The notes below the pieces were generated by a model. It saw only the letters and a list, made by a program, of their open reading frames with translations. It did not search any database and was not told the origin of the DNA. A DNA stretch of 64,000 nucleotides from Kiloniellaceae bacterium (GTDB lineage Bacteria; Pseudomonadota; Alphaproteobacteria; Kiloniellales; J153): positions 15,000 through 78,999 of the forward strand of contig JAJFGN010000042.1 in assembly GCA_021776115.1 (NCBI GenBank). Reading direction: 5' to 3'. A program made the translations under genes and the position numbers. The stretch's first letter is position 1. Every line of letters begins with the position of its first letter. Shown one piece after another: positions 1 to 11,589 of the stretch.

Positions 1-312
<312 letters not shown>

Positions 313-362
313 AGCCTATTCCTAGTTCCCCAATTCTCACGAGCTTAACCCCAGTCACAAAT

Positions 363-500
363 CGTCATGCCGGCCAAGCGGCACCGCCGCGCGAGCCGGG
401 ATCTTTGTCGAACATTGGTACGGCTTTTGCCGAAGATCCCGGATCGCTGGCTTTTCTATCCAAATCATAGATTTGGAGAAAAGCCGTGTCCGGGATGACG
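363..500. repeat. MITE-like element (gtcatcccggac family) in the sufB-sufC spacer
   Basis: Terminal inverted repeats cgtcatgccggcc (363-375) and gtccgggatgacg (488-500). Inner inverted repeats ccgggatctt (396-405) / aagatcccgg (433-442) and tccaaat/atttgga near 457-477. Confidence 0.6.
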
Positions 501-513
501 CATGAAAGCACCA

Positions 514-1968
<1,455 letters not shown>

Positions 1969-1984
1969 GGCCGCGTACTCCCCC

Positions 1985-2452
1985 TCAGACCATACGCTTT
2001 GCTTGCGCGTCGGGGATATCCCGCGCGCCCGGAAAGAAGTCGCCGGGGGGGCCTGGCAACATGTCGGCCAGGCTGACCCGAGAAAGCGCCCCGTGAATGG
2101 CTTTGTTGACCTTGTCCCAGTTACCCCGCATCGGGCAAAAAGACTGCACCTCGCAGCCGCCGACGGCGCCATCGACGCAGGCGGTCAGGGCGATCGGCCC
2201 TTCGAGGGCCTGGATGATCTCGGCGACCGAAATGGCCTCGGCCGGCCGGTCCAGGGAATACCCTCCGGCGGCGCCCCGGTGCGAGGTGACGAGATCGGCA
2301 TGGGCCAGAGCATTCAATAGCTTCGCCACCGTGGGCAGGGGAACGCCTGTCTCCTGGGCGATACTGGGCGCGGTGCACAGCCCGTCCGGGGACCGGGTCA
2401 TTTGGCTCATCACCACCACAGCGTAATCCGTCAAACGATTGAGTTTAAACAT
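1985..2452 (-). CDS. Rrf2-family transcriptional regulator (IscR/SufR-like) heading the suf operon
   Basis: [18 protein letters not shown]...[32 protein letters not shown] is a typical Rrf2 winged helix. A Cys cluster ([16 protein letters not shown]) follows. The gene sits directly upstream of sufB on the same strand. Confidence 0.9.
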   Translation of the reverse strand: MFKLNRLTDYAVVVMSQMTRSPDGLCTAPSIAQETGVPLPTVAKLLNALAHADLVTSHRGAAGGYSLDRPAEAISVAEIIQALEGPIALTACVDGAVGGCEVQSFCPMRGNWDKVNKAIHGALSRVSLADMLPGPPGDFFPGARDIPDAQAKRMV

Positions 2453-2812
2453 CCCGATCTCCAAATCGGACTAATCTAGTATGGTTTCCTAAATATACAG
2501 TTTCTGCGGCCAATCAAGGCCTTTGGCGCCGAATAATCCCCGCGTGGGCCGATCCACCGTGGATTGGATGGGGTGCCGCCTGCCTTGCCAAGCAAGGCGG
2601 GGGCTTCCGCGCACCCAAAGAATAGAATGCAAGTAAAAAAGTAAGGATTGTTATAAATATAGAAACAAACTGTTTCTTTAAAAGAAATAAGATCGCAAGT
2701 ATTTTACTATTATTTATTAGGTAAATGAACGCAGGTCCTAAATTGTAGTTCCCCTAAGAACCAACACTCCGCCCAAAGGTGTTTTTGGGGGACAATTCTT
2801 GGAGGGATTGGC

Positions 2813-4033
2813 ATGGGAACGGGAAGTAGAGTCCTTCTGGTAGTGACAGCGGCTGTCCTGGTGGGCTTGGGTCTGGGTATTCAGGGCGCGGCGGCGCAAA
2901 CGGTAGAGGATTTGAGGCGCGAGATAGACCGGCTGAACAATCGGCTCGATCAGATGGAGGAGAGGGAGAAAGCAGATAAAGCCGATGCAGCGGCGGGCAA
3001 GCAGGATAAGACCGTGTCCTCTGGCAACGACAAGATAAAGCTGGAGTTGTCCGGCCAAGTGAACCGCGGTGTTCTCTTCGTCGATAACGGCCCGACTTCG
3101 GAGGTCTTTCATGTCGATAACGACAATTCCTCAACCCGCATACGCTTCATCGGCAAGGGGCAGCTCAACGAAGACGTGAGCGTCGGCACGCAAATCGAGG
3201 TGCAATTCGAATCCAACTCAACCGCCGCGATCCGAATCGATCAGGATAGTCCAGCCGGCCCCAACAACTTCACGGAACGTAAGCTGGAGCTTTACGGCGA
3301 TAGCAAGACCCTGGGCCGCGTCTGGGTTGGCCAAGGCGATACCGCCTCCAACGGCACGTCCGAGGTCGATCTTTCAGGGACCAGTGTCGTCGCTTACTCC
3401 GGTATCGCGGACATGGCTGGGGGCATAGCCTTCGCGGCGTCTGGCGGCGCCCTCGGCCCGCGCATAAATCAGGCCTTCAGTAATTTCGACGGTCTCTCCC
3501 GCGACGATCGCGTCCGCTACGATACGCCGAAGTTCATGGGCTTCCAGGGCTCGGCCTCTGCGGTTGACGGCGGCTCGTGGGATGCGGCCGCGCGCTTTGC
3601 CGGTAACTTCGCGGGCACCAAGGTGGTTTCCGCCCTGGCCTACGCCGACGCCGGTTCGCGCCAAGGCTTCGATCAGGTCAACGGATCGGTTTCAGTTCTG
3701 CTTCCCTTCGGGGTCAGCGTTACCGGCGCGGCGGGTTCCCGCGACTTAACCGGCCGCGCCGGCAGCGATCCGATGACTTACTACGGTAAGCTCGGTTACA
3801 AGTTCCGTCTGACCGACATGGGGGAAACCGCGGTCGGCGTCGATTTCGCCAAGACCGACGATCTGGCGGCGGTCGGCGATGAGTTCACCACCTATGGCGC
3901 CTTCGCCGTGCAGCGTTTCGACGCGATCGGTACCGAACTCTACCTGGCGCTGCGCAATCACGAACTGGATCGCAGCGGCACCGATTTCGATGACATTTTC
4001 GCGGTTCTGACCGGCGCCAGAGTCAAGTTCTAG
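2813..4033 (+). CDS. Outer-membrane porin-like beta-barrel protein with N-terminal coiled-coil segment
   Basis: Signal peptide (LLVVTAAVLVGLGLGIQGAAA), then a charged coiled-coil stretch (EDLRREIDRLNNRLDQMEEREKADK). Alternating beta-strand-like sequence follows, ending in a C-terminal ...LTGARVKF with terminal Phe, which is typical of OM barrels. Confidence 0.7.
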   Translation: MGTGSRVLLVVTAAVLVGLGLGIQGAAAQTVEDLRREIDRLNNRLDQMEEREKADKADAAAGKQDKTVSSGNDKIKLELSGQVNRGVLFVDNGPTSEVFHVDNDNSSTRIRFIGKGQLNEDVSVGTQIEVQFESNSTAAIRIDQDSPAGPNNFTERKLELYGDSKTLGRVWVGQGDTASNGTSEVDLSGTSVVAYSGIADMAGGIAFAASGGALGPRINQAFSNFDGLSRDDRVRYDTPKFMGFQGSASAVDGGSWDAAARFAGNFAGTKVVSALAYADAGSRQGFDQVNGSVSVLLPFGVSVTGAAGSRDLTGRAGSDPMTYYGKLGYKFRLTDMGETAVGVDFAKTDDLAAVGDEFTTYGAFAVQRFDAIGTELYLALRNHELDRSGTDFDDIFAVLTGARVKF

Positions 4034-4053
4034 AGCATGAGGACGGCAAGATA

Positions 4054-4236
4054 ATGGTTTCCAATGCCAAGCTGAAACGAATAGCAGGACCAGGCGCGGC
4101 CCTGGCCGCCGTGATCCTGCTAGCCACGGCCTGCGCCCAGATCGAACCCATGGAATATACCGAAATCCATGAAATCCAACCTGGGCCCGGCCTGTTATCC
4201 GGAAAAGATGGAGCCTTCGTTCTCTACGGAGATTAG
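4054..4236 (+). CDS. Small putative lipoprotein (60 aa)
   Basis: Lipobox-like LLATAC after a hydrophobic segment. GAGGA lies about 10 nt upstream of the ATG. No recognisable family. Confidence 0.4.
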   Translation: MVSNAKLKRIAGPGAALAAVILLATACAQIEPMEYTEIHEIQPGPGLLSGKDGAFVLYGD

Positions 4237-4458
4237 GTAAGCGCTCTAGAAAATCCTTCGGACGTCTCTCCCCGCTCGCCCCTTCGAGCCGATGCCTGGC
4301 TTGGAGGGGCATCTTTTTGGGGCGCGTTCAAATGCGAAGTCTCAACGGGATGTGATCGCTTGTGACTACTGCGCCGGACCGGGCCGCCTAATATATCACG
4401 AAAGGGTCACGACAGGGCCCCAGTGGCGAGTCCACGGTACGGAGGCGCGATCCGGTCG

Positions 4459-5466
4459 ATGAAAGGCGAGTCGTCATCAGGCTTGGGGCAGCTTGGCCTG
4501 GCGCATGTCGCGGCCTTCGCGCGGGTCGTCGATGCCGGCAGCTTTACGGCGGCGGCGCGCCAACTCGGTCTTTCCAAGGCAACCGTCAGCAAGCAGGTCG
4601 CGCATTTGGAAGCGCGGCTTGGCGCTTGTCTGCTCAAGCGCACCACCCGCAGTCTGGGCCTGACCGAAGAGGGCGCGCGGTTTTACACCCATTGCCGCAC
4701 GATCCTTGAGGAACTGGCGGCCGCTGAGTCGGAGATCCTGGCATCGCTTGGCGTGGCGCGGGGCCGCATCCGGGTCGGTGCTCCGGGTCTATTTGGGAGC
4801 CAGGGGATTGCGCGCGCCTTGCATGAATTCATGGCGCGGTATCCGGACATTGAAATCGAGTTGTCTTCGCGCGACGAGGCGGATGAGCGGGCCGACGACG
4901 GCGTTGGCATCGACGGCGTCGACATCGCGATCCGTATCGGGCGAGCCCCGATCGCTGGCGGGCATTCGGTTCGTTTGGCGCCCTGTATTTGCATTGTTTG
5001 CGGCACACCGGCCTATCGGGCGCGATATGGCGAGCCGAAGACGCCCAGTGACCTTACCAAACATAACTGCCTTCGCTTTGGGCTCGGGGCCGGTGGCGGG
5101 ACGTGGCGCATGGAAGGCCCCGGGGGCTCGCGAAACGTGACCGTCAGCGGCCGCTTCCGCGCCAATAGCCGGGCGGCCTTGCGTCTCGCTATTCTTTCGG
5201 ACCTCGGCTTGGCGCTCATGCCCGAGGCCATGGTTGCCGACGATCTCGCGGCGGGCCGGCTGGTCACGATTCTGCCGGCCTTCCGAGACCGGTCGGAGGC
5301 TTGGTACTTGGATTACCCGGCCGGCCGGGCGGTGTCCCCGATAGTGCAGGCCTTCGCGGCCTTTCTGCAGCCCCTTTTTCAAGCGCCGAGTCCCACGCCC
5401 GCCGCGGCCGGGCCCGCGCGTCTACGCGGTTGGCTCAAGGACTTAGAGCATGACGCTATCATTTGA
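4459..5466 (+). CDS. LysR-family transcriptional regulator
   Basis: N-terminal HTH (LAHVAAFARVVDAGSFTAAARQLGLSKATVSKQVAHLEARLGACLLKRTTRSLGLTEEG) plus a LysR substrate-binding region. The start is uncertain (ATG 4423 or 4459). Confidence 0.9.
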   Translation: MKGESSSGLGQLGLAHVAAFARVVDAGSFTAAARQLGLSKATVSKQVAHLEARLGACLLKRTTRSLGLTEEGARFYTHCRTILEELAAAESEILASLGVARGRIRVGAPGLFGSQGIARALHEFMARYPDIEIELSSRDEADERADDGVGIDGVDIAIRIGRAPIAGGHSVRLAPCICIVCGTPAYRARYGEPKTPSDLTKHNCLRFGLGAGGGTWRMEGPGGSRNVTVSGRFRANSRAALRLAILSDLGLALMPEAMVADDLAAGRLVTILPAFRDRSEAWYLDYPAGRAVSPIVQAFAAFLQPLFQAPSPTPAAAGPARLRGWLKDLEHDAII

Positions 5467-6094
5467 TGTCAAATCAGCTACCCTTTCTGCCGTACTGCTA
5501 GGCACGCTATTTGCGGCCCCGGCCAGCGCCCAGTCGGACGTCGATCCCACGAAGCCGAAGAAGCATTTCACGGTCACCCAGCCCGCCGGCCTAACCGGGG
5601 CCGATGCCCAGGATATTTACAACCGGATCAAAGACGACATGGTGTCGGGGTATCGATTGTCGCTAGAGCCCTATACCCGTTCTTATGCTGGTTGGGCGCG
5701 CTACAACACCGCCCCCTATCGCTCCGCACAGCACGGCGAGCGCTTTGTCAATAATTACGCCAACGACTTGGCGCGGGCGTACCGCTTATACGAAAAGTCC
5801 GGCTCGATGCCGGCCGGTGCCATCCTGGTCAAGGACAGCTTCGCGGTCACCCAAAAGGGCGATGTCTTTAGTGGCCCGATCTTTGCGATGGAGAAAATGG
5901 CGGCTGGGTTCAAGGCCTCCAGCGGCGATTGGCGCTACACCATGATCATGCCCGACGGCAGTCTGCTGGGTACGACCAACGGGAGCGGCTCGGAACGCGT
6001 GGAATTCTGCGTATCCTGTCACGCCCAGGTTGGGGCCGAACAAGACCACATGTTTTATGTGCCCAAGGCCTACCGGCTGGATGTCGCTGACTAA
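5450..6094 (+). CDS. Cytochrome P460-family periplasmic monohaem protein
   Basis: Signal peptide ending APASAQ. Single C-terminal CXXCH (EFCVSCHAQ). Blocks GAILVKDSF, FAMEKMAAGF and DWRYTMIMPDGS match my recollection of the P460/c-prime-beta fold family. The start overlaps the LysR stop by 17 nt. Confidence 0.7.
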   Translation: MTLSFDVKSATLSAVLLGTLFAAPASAQSDVDPTKPKKHFTVTQPAGLTGADAQDIYNRIKDDMVSGYRLSLEPYTRSYAGWARYNTAPYRSAQHGERFVNNYANDLARAYRLYEKSGSMPAGAILVKDSFAVTQKGDVFSGPIFAMEKMAAGFKASSGDWRYTMIMPDGSLLGTTNGSGSERVEFCVSCHAQVGAEQDHMFYVPKAYRLDVAD

Positions 6095-6260
6095 TCCGGC
6101 CAGCGGCGCCGGACTACAGAGATGCGTCATCACGCGAACGTGAAACACCTTGATTCTGCAAACCTTTTCCCGAACCGCTAGATTGGAGCGTGTCGCTGCG
6201 GCCGTGGAGCCGGGCATTTCATTTTTTGCTTTTAAGAGTTGAGGTAAGGGGAGGGACGTA

Positions 6261-7346
6261 ATGATCTCAAGAAAACGGGCGCTGTTGTCCAACACAGTGA
6301 TGCCCTTCGTGTTGTTTGCCGGTGTTGCGGCTGGGGGCGTGGTCCTGACGAACGGCACTGGAAGCGCCCCGGCGCTGGCCCAGTGCGCCGCGAAGAAAGT
6401 CAATCCCTGCGCGGCAGCGAAGGTCAATCCTTGCGCGGCAGCGAAGTGCAATCCTTGCGCGGCAGCGAAGTGCAACCCTTGCGCGGCAGCGAAGTGCAAT
6501 CCTTGCAATCCCTGTGCGGCCAAGGGCTGCAATCCCTGCAATCCCTGTGCGGCAGGTGGTGGTGGGTCCGCCAGCAAGGCGTGCTTCGTGCCCCGTTTGC
6601 GGACGGCGGCGAAATGCAATCCTTGCGCTGCTAAGAAATGCAACCCTTGCGCGGCCAAGGCGTGTAACCCGTGTAATCCTTGCGCCGCCAAGAAGTGCAA
6701 TCCTTGCGCGGCCTCGAAGTGCAATCCTTGTGCTGCCAAGGCTTGCAATCCGTGTAATCCTTGTGCGGCCAAGAAATGCAATCCCTGCAATCCTTGCGCG
6801 GCGAAGGCTTGCAACCCTTGCAACCCCTGTGGCGGGGCCGCCGCGCCGGAGCTGACGGATGCCGAGGCGGTGAAGGTCTACGACTGCTTGTTGAAGGAGC
6901 TTAAGTCGGCCTACGCCAAGTCGGGCAACAAGGTCGCGGTGTCCTACGCATCTTGGCCGCGCTACAGCAGGCGGGCCTATGTATCCGATACGCATGGCGG
7001 CCGCTTCGTTCAGAACTATGCGAACAAAACCGGCCGCGCCTATGGCGCTTTCGAAAACGCGGGAACCCTACCGGCCGGCACCGCCCTGGCAAAGCCCAGT
7101 TTCTCGGTGACCGGGGGCGGCAAGGTTTCCGTTGAACCCTTGTTCATCATGGAAAAAATGAAGGCGGGCTTCAATTCGGATAGCGACGATTGGCGCTATA
7201 CCATGGTTATGCCGAACGGCGCCGTCTTTGGAACCACCAAGGGCAAGGGCGCGGACAACGTCGAGTTCTGCATCGGCTGTCACATGTCGGTGACGCCGGA
7301 TCAGGATTCGGTCATGCTCCTGCCGGAGGAGTACCGGGTCCGCTAA
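6261..7346 (+). CDS. Cytochrome P460-family protein with N-terminal CNPC cysteine-repeat domain
   Basis: Signal peptide, then residues 42-190 made of AAK(x)CNPC / CNPCNPC units (34 Cys by my count). The C-terminal 160 aa are paralogous to the preceding gene ([59 protein letters not shown]). Confidence 0.8.
   Translation: MISRKRALLSNTVMPFVLFAGVAAGGVVLTNGTGSAPALAQCAAKKVNPCAAAKVNPCAAAKCNPCAAAKCNPCAAAKCNPCNPCAAKGCNPCNPCAAGGGGSASKACFVPRLRTAAKCNPCAAKKCNPCAAKACNPCNPCAAKKCNPCAASKCNPCAAKACNPCNPCAAKKCNPCNPCAAKACNPCNPCGGAAAPELTDAEAVKVYDCLLKELKSAYAKSGNKVAVSYASWPRYSRRAYVSDTHGGRFVQNYANKTGRAYGAFENAGTLPAGTALAKPSFSVTGGGKVSVEPLFIMEKMKAGFNSDSDDWRYTMVMPNGAVFGTTKGKGADNVEFCIGCHMSVTPDQDSVMLLPEEYRVR
6384..6830 (+). 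repeat. Coding tandem repeats (21-nt and 30-nt units) encoding AAKxCNPC / AAKxCNPCNPC
   Basis: Repeated gcggcagcgaagtgcaatccttgc-type units are visible in the DNA. They also generate a long mirror ORF on the opposite strand (5786..6823). Confidence 0.9.
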
Positions 7347-7370
7347 TACCCGTCTGAAAAGGGATCGTTA

Positions 7371-7877
7371 TTGAGTCGCCTCCGCACCGCAGCCAGGGAC
7401 TCGGTAACCGCAATTCAAGGCCTGAGGCTTTGCGCGGTTACTGTCTGGCTGTCGGTGTTGGGGGCCCCGGCTCTGGCGGATTTCACCGATGGACTGGCCG
7501 CCTACGATGGCGGCGATTACCCAACAGCTTTCGAAGAATGGCGCGCGTTGGCGGAGGCGGGGGATGCCGAGGCCCAGGTCGCGCTGGCCAGCCTCTACCT
7601 CGCGGGCCAAGGCGTTCGGGCTGACGTCGGCGCCGGAATCTCCTGGTACCGCCGGGCCGCCGAGGCTGGGCATCCCGTCGCACAACTGAACCTCGGCGAC
7701 TTCTACAGCCGCGGCGCGGGCGTGCCGCGCGATTTGGTCACGGCCTATGTCTGGCTCAGCCTAGCCGCCGACCAAGGCCGCGCTTGGGCCGACCAGCGGC
7801 GTCAGGAGATCGCGCGCGAGATGTCGGGGGCGCAATTGGCGGAGGCCGAGGCGCGCGTCCTGGCGGAGCGTCCCTGA
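7371..7877 (+). CDS. Secreted Sel1-repeat (TPR-like) protein
   Basis: Three Sel1-like units (GDAEAQVALASLYLAGQGVRAD, GHPVAQLNLGDFYSRGAGVPRD, ...). Signal-like LRLCAVTVWLSVLGAPALA. Apparent TTG start. Confidence 0.75.
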   Translation: MSRLRTAARDSVTAIQGLRLCAVTVWLSVLGAPALADFTDGLAAYDGGDYPTAFEEWRALAEAGDAEAQVALASLYLAGQGVRADVGAGISWYRRAAEAGHPVAQLNLGDFYSRGAGVPRDLVTAYVWLSLAADQGRAWADQRRQEIAREMSGAQLAEAEARVLAERP

Positions 7878-7884
7878 GCCCTGC

Positions 7885-8585
7885 TTAAACCCCCAGGTAC
7901 CGCTCGCTCAAGCTGGGGTCGGCGGTGAGTTCGGCCGAGGTGCCCCGCCAAACCGCGCGGCCCTTTTCGATGATGGTGTGGCGGTTTGCGAAACGGGCCA
8001 GCGCGGCCACGTTCTTATCGATAACCAGGATCGCCAGCCCCGCCGCCTTGAGGGTTTCGAGCGTGCGCCAGATCTCCGCGCGCACCAGGGGCGCCAGACC
8101 TTCGGTCGCCTCGTCGAGGATGAGCAGCTTGGGATTGGTCATAAGCGCCCGGGCGATGGCCAGCATCTGTTGCTCGCCGCCGGAAAGCTGATCGCCCATA
8201 GCGTTCAGTCGCTCGTGCAGAACCGGGAACAGCGCCAGAACCCGCTCCAGGCTCCAGGCCGCCTCGCCACCAGGGGCCGGGCGCGCGGTAGCGACTAAAT
8301 TTTCGCGGACCGTCAAGTTGGGAAAAATCTGGCGTCCCTCGGGGACTAGGCCCAGGCCGGCGCGCGCGATTCGAAACGGGGCCAGGCCGGCGATATCCCG
8401 GCCCTCGAAATGCACCTGCCCGGCGCGTGGGGGCACCAGGCCCATGATCGCGCGCACGCTGGTGGTCTTGCCCATGCCGTTGCGCCCGAGCAGGGTGACT
8501 GCCTCGCCGGCGCCAACCGCGAGGTCGAGCCCGAAGAGGACCTGACTCTCGCCGTAGAAAACCTCGAGGCCCTGGACATTCAACA

Positions 8586-8586
<1 letters not shown>
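7885..8586 (-). CDS. livF: Branched-chain amino acid (HAAT family) ABC transporter ATP-binding protein LivF-type
   Basis: Walker A GRNGMGKTT, signature LSGGEQQML, Walker B LLILDE. 233 aa, last gene of a four-gene transporter operon. Confidence 0.88.
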
Positions 8587-9333
<747 letters not shown>

Positions 9334-9341
<8 letters not shown>

Positions 9342-10380
9342 GGCGGTCCAACTTCGCAGCGACGAGGCCCCACAGGCCCTGCTTCGCGAACAGAACCGCC
9401 AGGACCAGCAGCGGCCCGAAGATCACCATCCAATGCTGGGTCCATTGCGACAGGACTTCCTCCAACATGAAGAAGACCACCGCGCCGGCGAGCGGACCGA
9501 AGACCGTGCCCATGCCGCCCAGGACCACGATCACCAGGATCTCGCCGGAGCGCTGCCAGCTCAGGAACGCCGGACTAACGAACTCCGTGTGATTGACCAT
9601 GAGTGCGCCGGCCAGTCCCACGATCGCGCCGGAGATCACGAAGGCGGTGAGCTTGGTGCGGGTCGTGGCGAAGCCGAGTGCGCGCATGCGCCGCTCGTTG
9701 TCGCGGATGCCCTGAAGCGCCAGGCCGAAACGGGCGTTGGCCCAACGCGCGGTGGCGAGCAATGCGATCAGAACGAGGACCAGCACCAGGTAGTAGAACT
9801 GCGCCGGGTCGTGCAGGTCGAGCGGCCCCGCGGCCGAGCGTGAGAGCAGGCTGAGCCCATCGTCGCCGCCATAGGTCTCGAGCGAGACGAAGAAGAAGAA
9901 CAGCATTTGCGCGAAGGCCAGCGTGATCATGATGAAATAGAGTCCGCTGGTGCGCAGGCTGATCGCGCCGATGACGAGCGCGGCCAGGGCGCAGGCGAGC
10001 ATGGCGGCCGGCCAGGCCAGGATTGCTTGATCGGTTCCGGCAACCTCGAAGGGCCAGGTCATGAACGGCTCGCCCCTCATCTCGTGCCGGCTCAAGATCG
10101 CCACGACGTAGCCGCCCAGGCCGAAGAAGGCGGCGTGCCCGAAACTGATCATGCCGCCATAACCGAGGATGAGGTTCAGGCCGATCCCGGCCAGCGCCAA
10201 AATCAGAATCCGGGTCGCGATTCCGACCGCGTAATCCAGGCCCAAGGCCCCGGCCAGCAGAGGCAGTAGGAGCGCGAAGGCAAGGCCGCCGAACAGAAGG
10301 GCACGCCGCAAATTCAACTTTCCCTCTCCCGAGGGAGAGCATCTGTGTTGCTTGTCAAGGTGCGCTTTGGCCCTCGACAA
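9334..10380 (-). CDS. livM: HAAT-family ABC transporter permease LivM-type
   Basis: Polytopic membrane protein with the LNLILGYGGMISFGHAAFFGLGGY motif. The first ~20 codons of the ORF read through a REP-like hairpin, so the true start may be a TTG near 10317/10311. Confidence 0.85.
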
Positions 10381-10432
10381 AACGAGAAGCCCTCACCCGC
10401 GCGTCGCGCCGCCCTCTCCCTCGGGGAGAGGG
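10324..10432. repeat. Two REP-like GC-rich hairpins (CCCTCTCC..GGAGAGGG family) in the livH-livM intercistronic spacer
   Basis: The first is ctctcc-cgag-ggagag at 10324-10339. The second is gccctctcc-ctcg-ggagagggc at 10411-10432, a 9-bp stem. Confidence 0.65.
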
Positions 10433-10455
10433 CAATTCGATGTTCGCCTGTACTC

Positions 10456-11367
10456 TCAGCCATGGGCGGGGAACAGCCCGCGCGGGCGCCACACCAGGAC
10501 CGCGGCCATGAGGATATAGATCGCCATGGAGGCGAGGGCGGCGCCGACGCCGCTGGCCGCCGCCGGGCCCATCATCGCGCCGAACAGGCCGGGCAAGAAG
10601 GCGCGGCCCAGGGTATCGGCGGTCCCGACCAAGACCGCCCCGACCAGCGCCCCGCGGATCGAGCCGATGCCGCCGATGACGATGACCACGAAGGCGAGGA
10701 TCAGGACCGGCTCGCCCATGCCGGTCTCGACCGCATAGATCGGCCCGGCCATGACCCCGGCGAGCGCCGCCAGCATTGCCCCCAGCCCGAACACCAAGGT
10801 GTAGAGCCGTTTGATATCGACGCCCAGGGCCCCGACCATCTCGCGGTTCGAGGCTCCGGCGCGGATCAGCATGCCAAGGCGGGTGCGCGCGACCAGCCAA
10901 TAGAGGAACCCGGCGACGCCGAGGCCGAGGATCAGGATCGCCAGACGGAACGCGGGGTAGGGGGCGCCGGGCAGAATCTCGACCGCGCCCGACAGCCAGC
11001 TTGGCGGATCGAGGAACAGGGCGCGCGGGCCCCAGATCATGGCCACCGCCTCGTTGAAGAACAGGATCAGCCCGAAGGTCGCCAGCACCTGGTCCAGATG
11101 ATCGCGGTCATAGAGGTGGCGCAGCGCGATCGCCTCGACCGCGATGCCGACCAGCGCGGTTGCCGGTAGGGCGATCAAAAGGCCGAGCAGGAACGAGTCC
11201 GTCCACTGCGCGGCGCTGGCGGCGATGAAAGCCCCAACCATGTAGAGCGAGCCGTGCGCCAGATTGACCAGGTTCATGATCCCCAAGACCAGCGTCAGGC
11301 CGGCCGCCAGCAGGAACAGCATGACCCCAAGCTGCAAGCCGTTCAAAATCTGTTCGAGGAGGAGCAT
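10456..11367 (-). CDS. livH: HAAT-family ABC transporter permease LivH-type
   Basis: MLLLEQILNGLQLGVMLFLLAAGLTLVLGIMNLVNLAHGSLYMVGAF is a typical LivH N-terminus. 303 aa. Confidence 0.9.
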   Translation of the reverse strand: MLLLEQILNGLQLGVMLFLLAAGLTLVLGIMNLVNLAHGSLYMVGAFIAASAAQWTDSFLLGLLIALPATALVGIAVEAIALRHLYDRDHLDQVLATFGLILFFNEAVAMIWGPRALFLDPPSWLSGAVEILPGAPYPAFRLAILILGLGVAGFLYWLVARTRLGMLIRAGASNREMVGALGVDIKRLYTLVFGLGAMLAALAGVMAGPIYAVETGMGEPVLILAFVVIVIGGIGSIRGALVGAVLVGTADTLGRAFLPGLFGAMMGPAAASGVGAALASMAIYILMAAVLVWRPRGLFPAHG

Positions 11368-11453
11368 GGGTAAGTCAACCTAGCGGTGGCAGGGGGCCGG
11401 AGTTGAATCGGGTTCCCTGTTCGTCCCCGGAACAGGGAATTCGGCGGTCGCTC

Positions 11454-11492
11454 ATTTCCCTGTTATTCCCTGAGAACAGGGAAATTTTTTTT
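11454..11492 (+). terminator. Intrinsic-terminator-like hairpin plus T8 (plus-strand orientation)
   Basis: atttccctgtt (11454-11464) pairs with aacagggaaat (11475-11485), followed by a T8 run ending at 11492. No plus-strand gene lies upstream (see findings). Confidence 0.4.
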
Positions 11493-11589
11493 CGAGATAT
11501 CTGCGCCTTTCCGGACCCGCAAGTCTAGCCACTGCCACGGCGCATACAATGGAAAGGCTGTGGATGCCGATTGCACCGCGAAAGGCCGG

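Noticed and set aside
4278-4318. Possible terminator after the small lipoprotein gene (gatgcc..ggcatc followed by TTTTT).
   Set aside because: The stem is only 6 bp with an 11-nt loop, which is too weak to list as a feature.
5786-6823. 345-aa minus-strand ORF with striking [10 protein letters not shown] repeats.
   Set aside because: It is the mirror image of the CNPC-coding tandem repeats and of the 3' end of the first P460-family gene. It has no independent start context, while the plus-strand genes have signal peptides and haem motifs.
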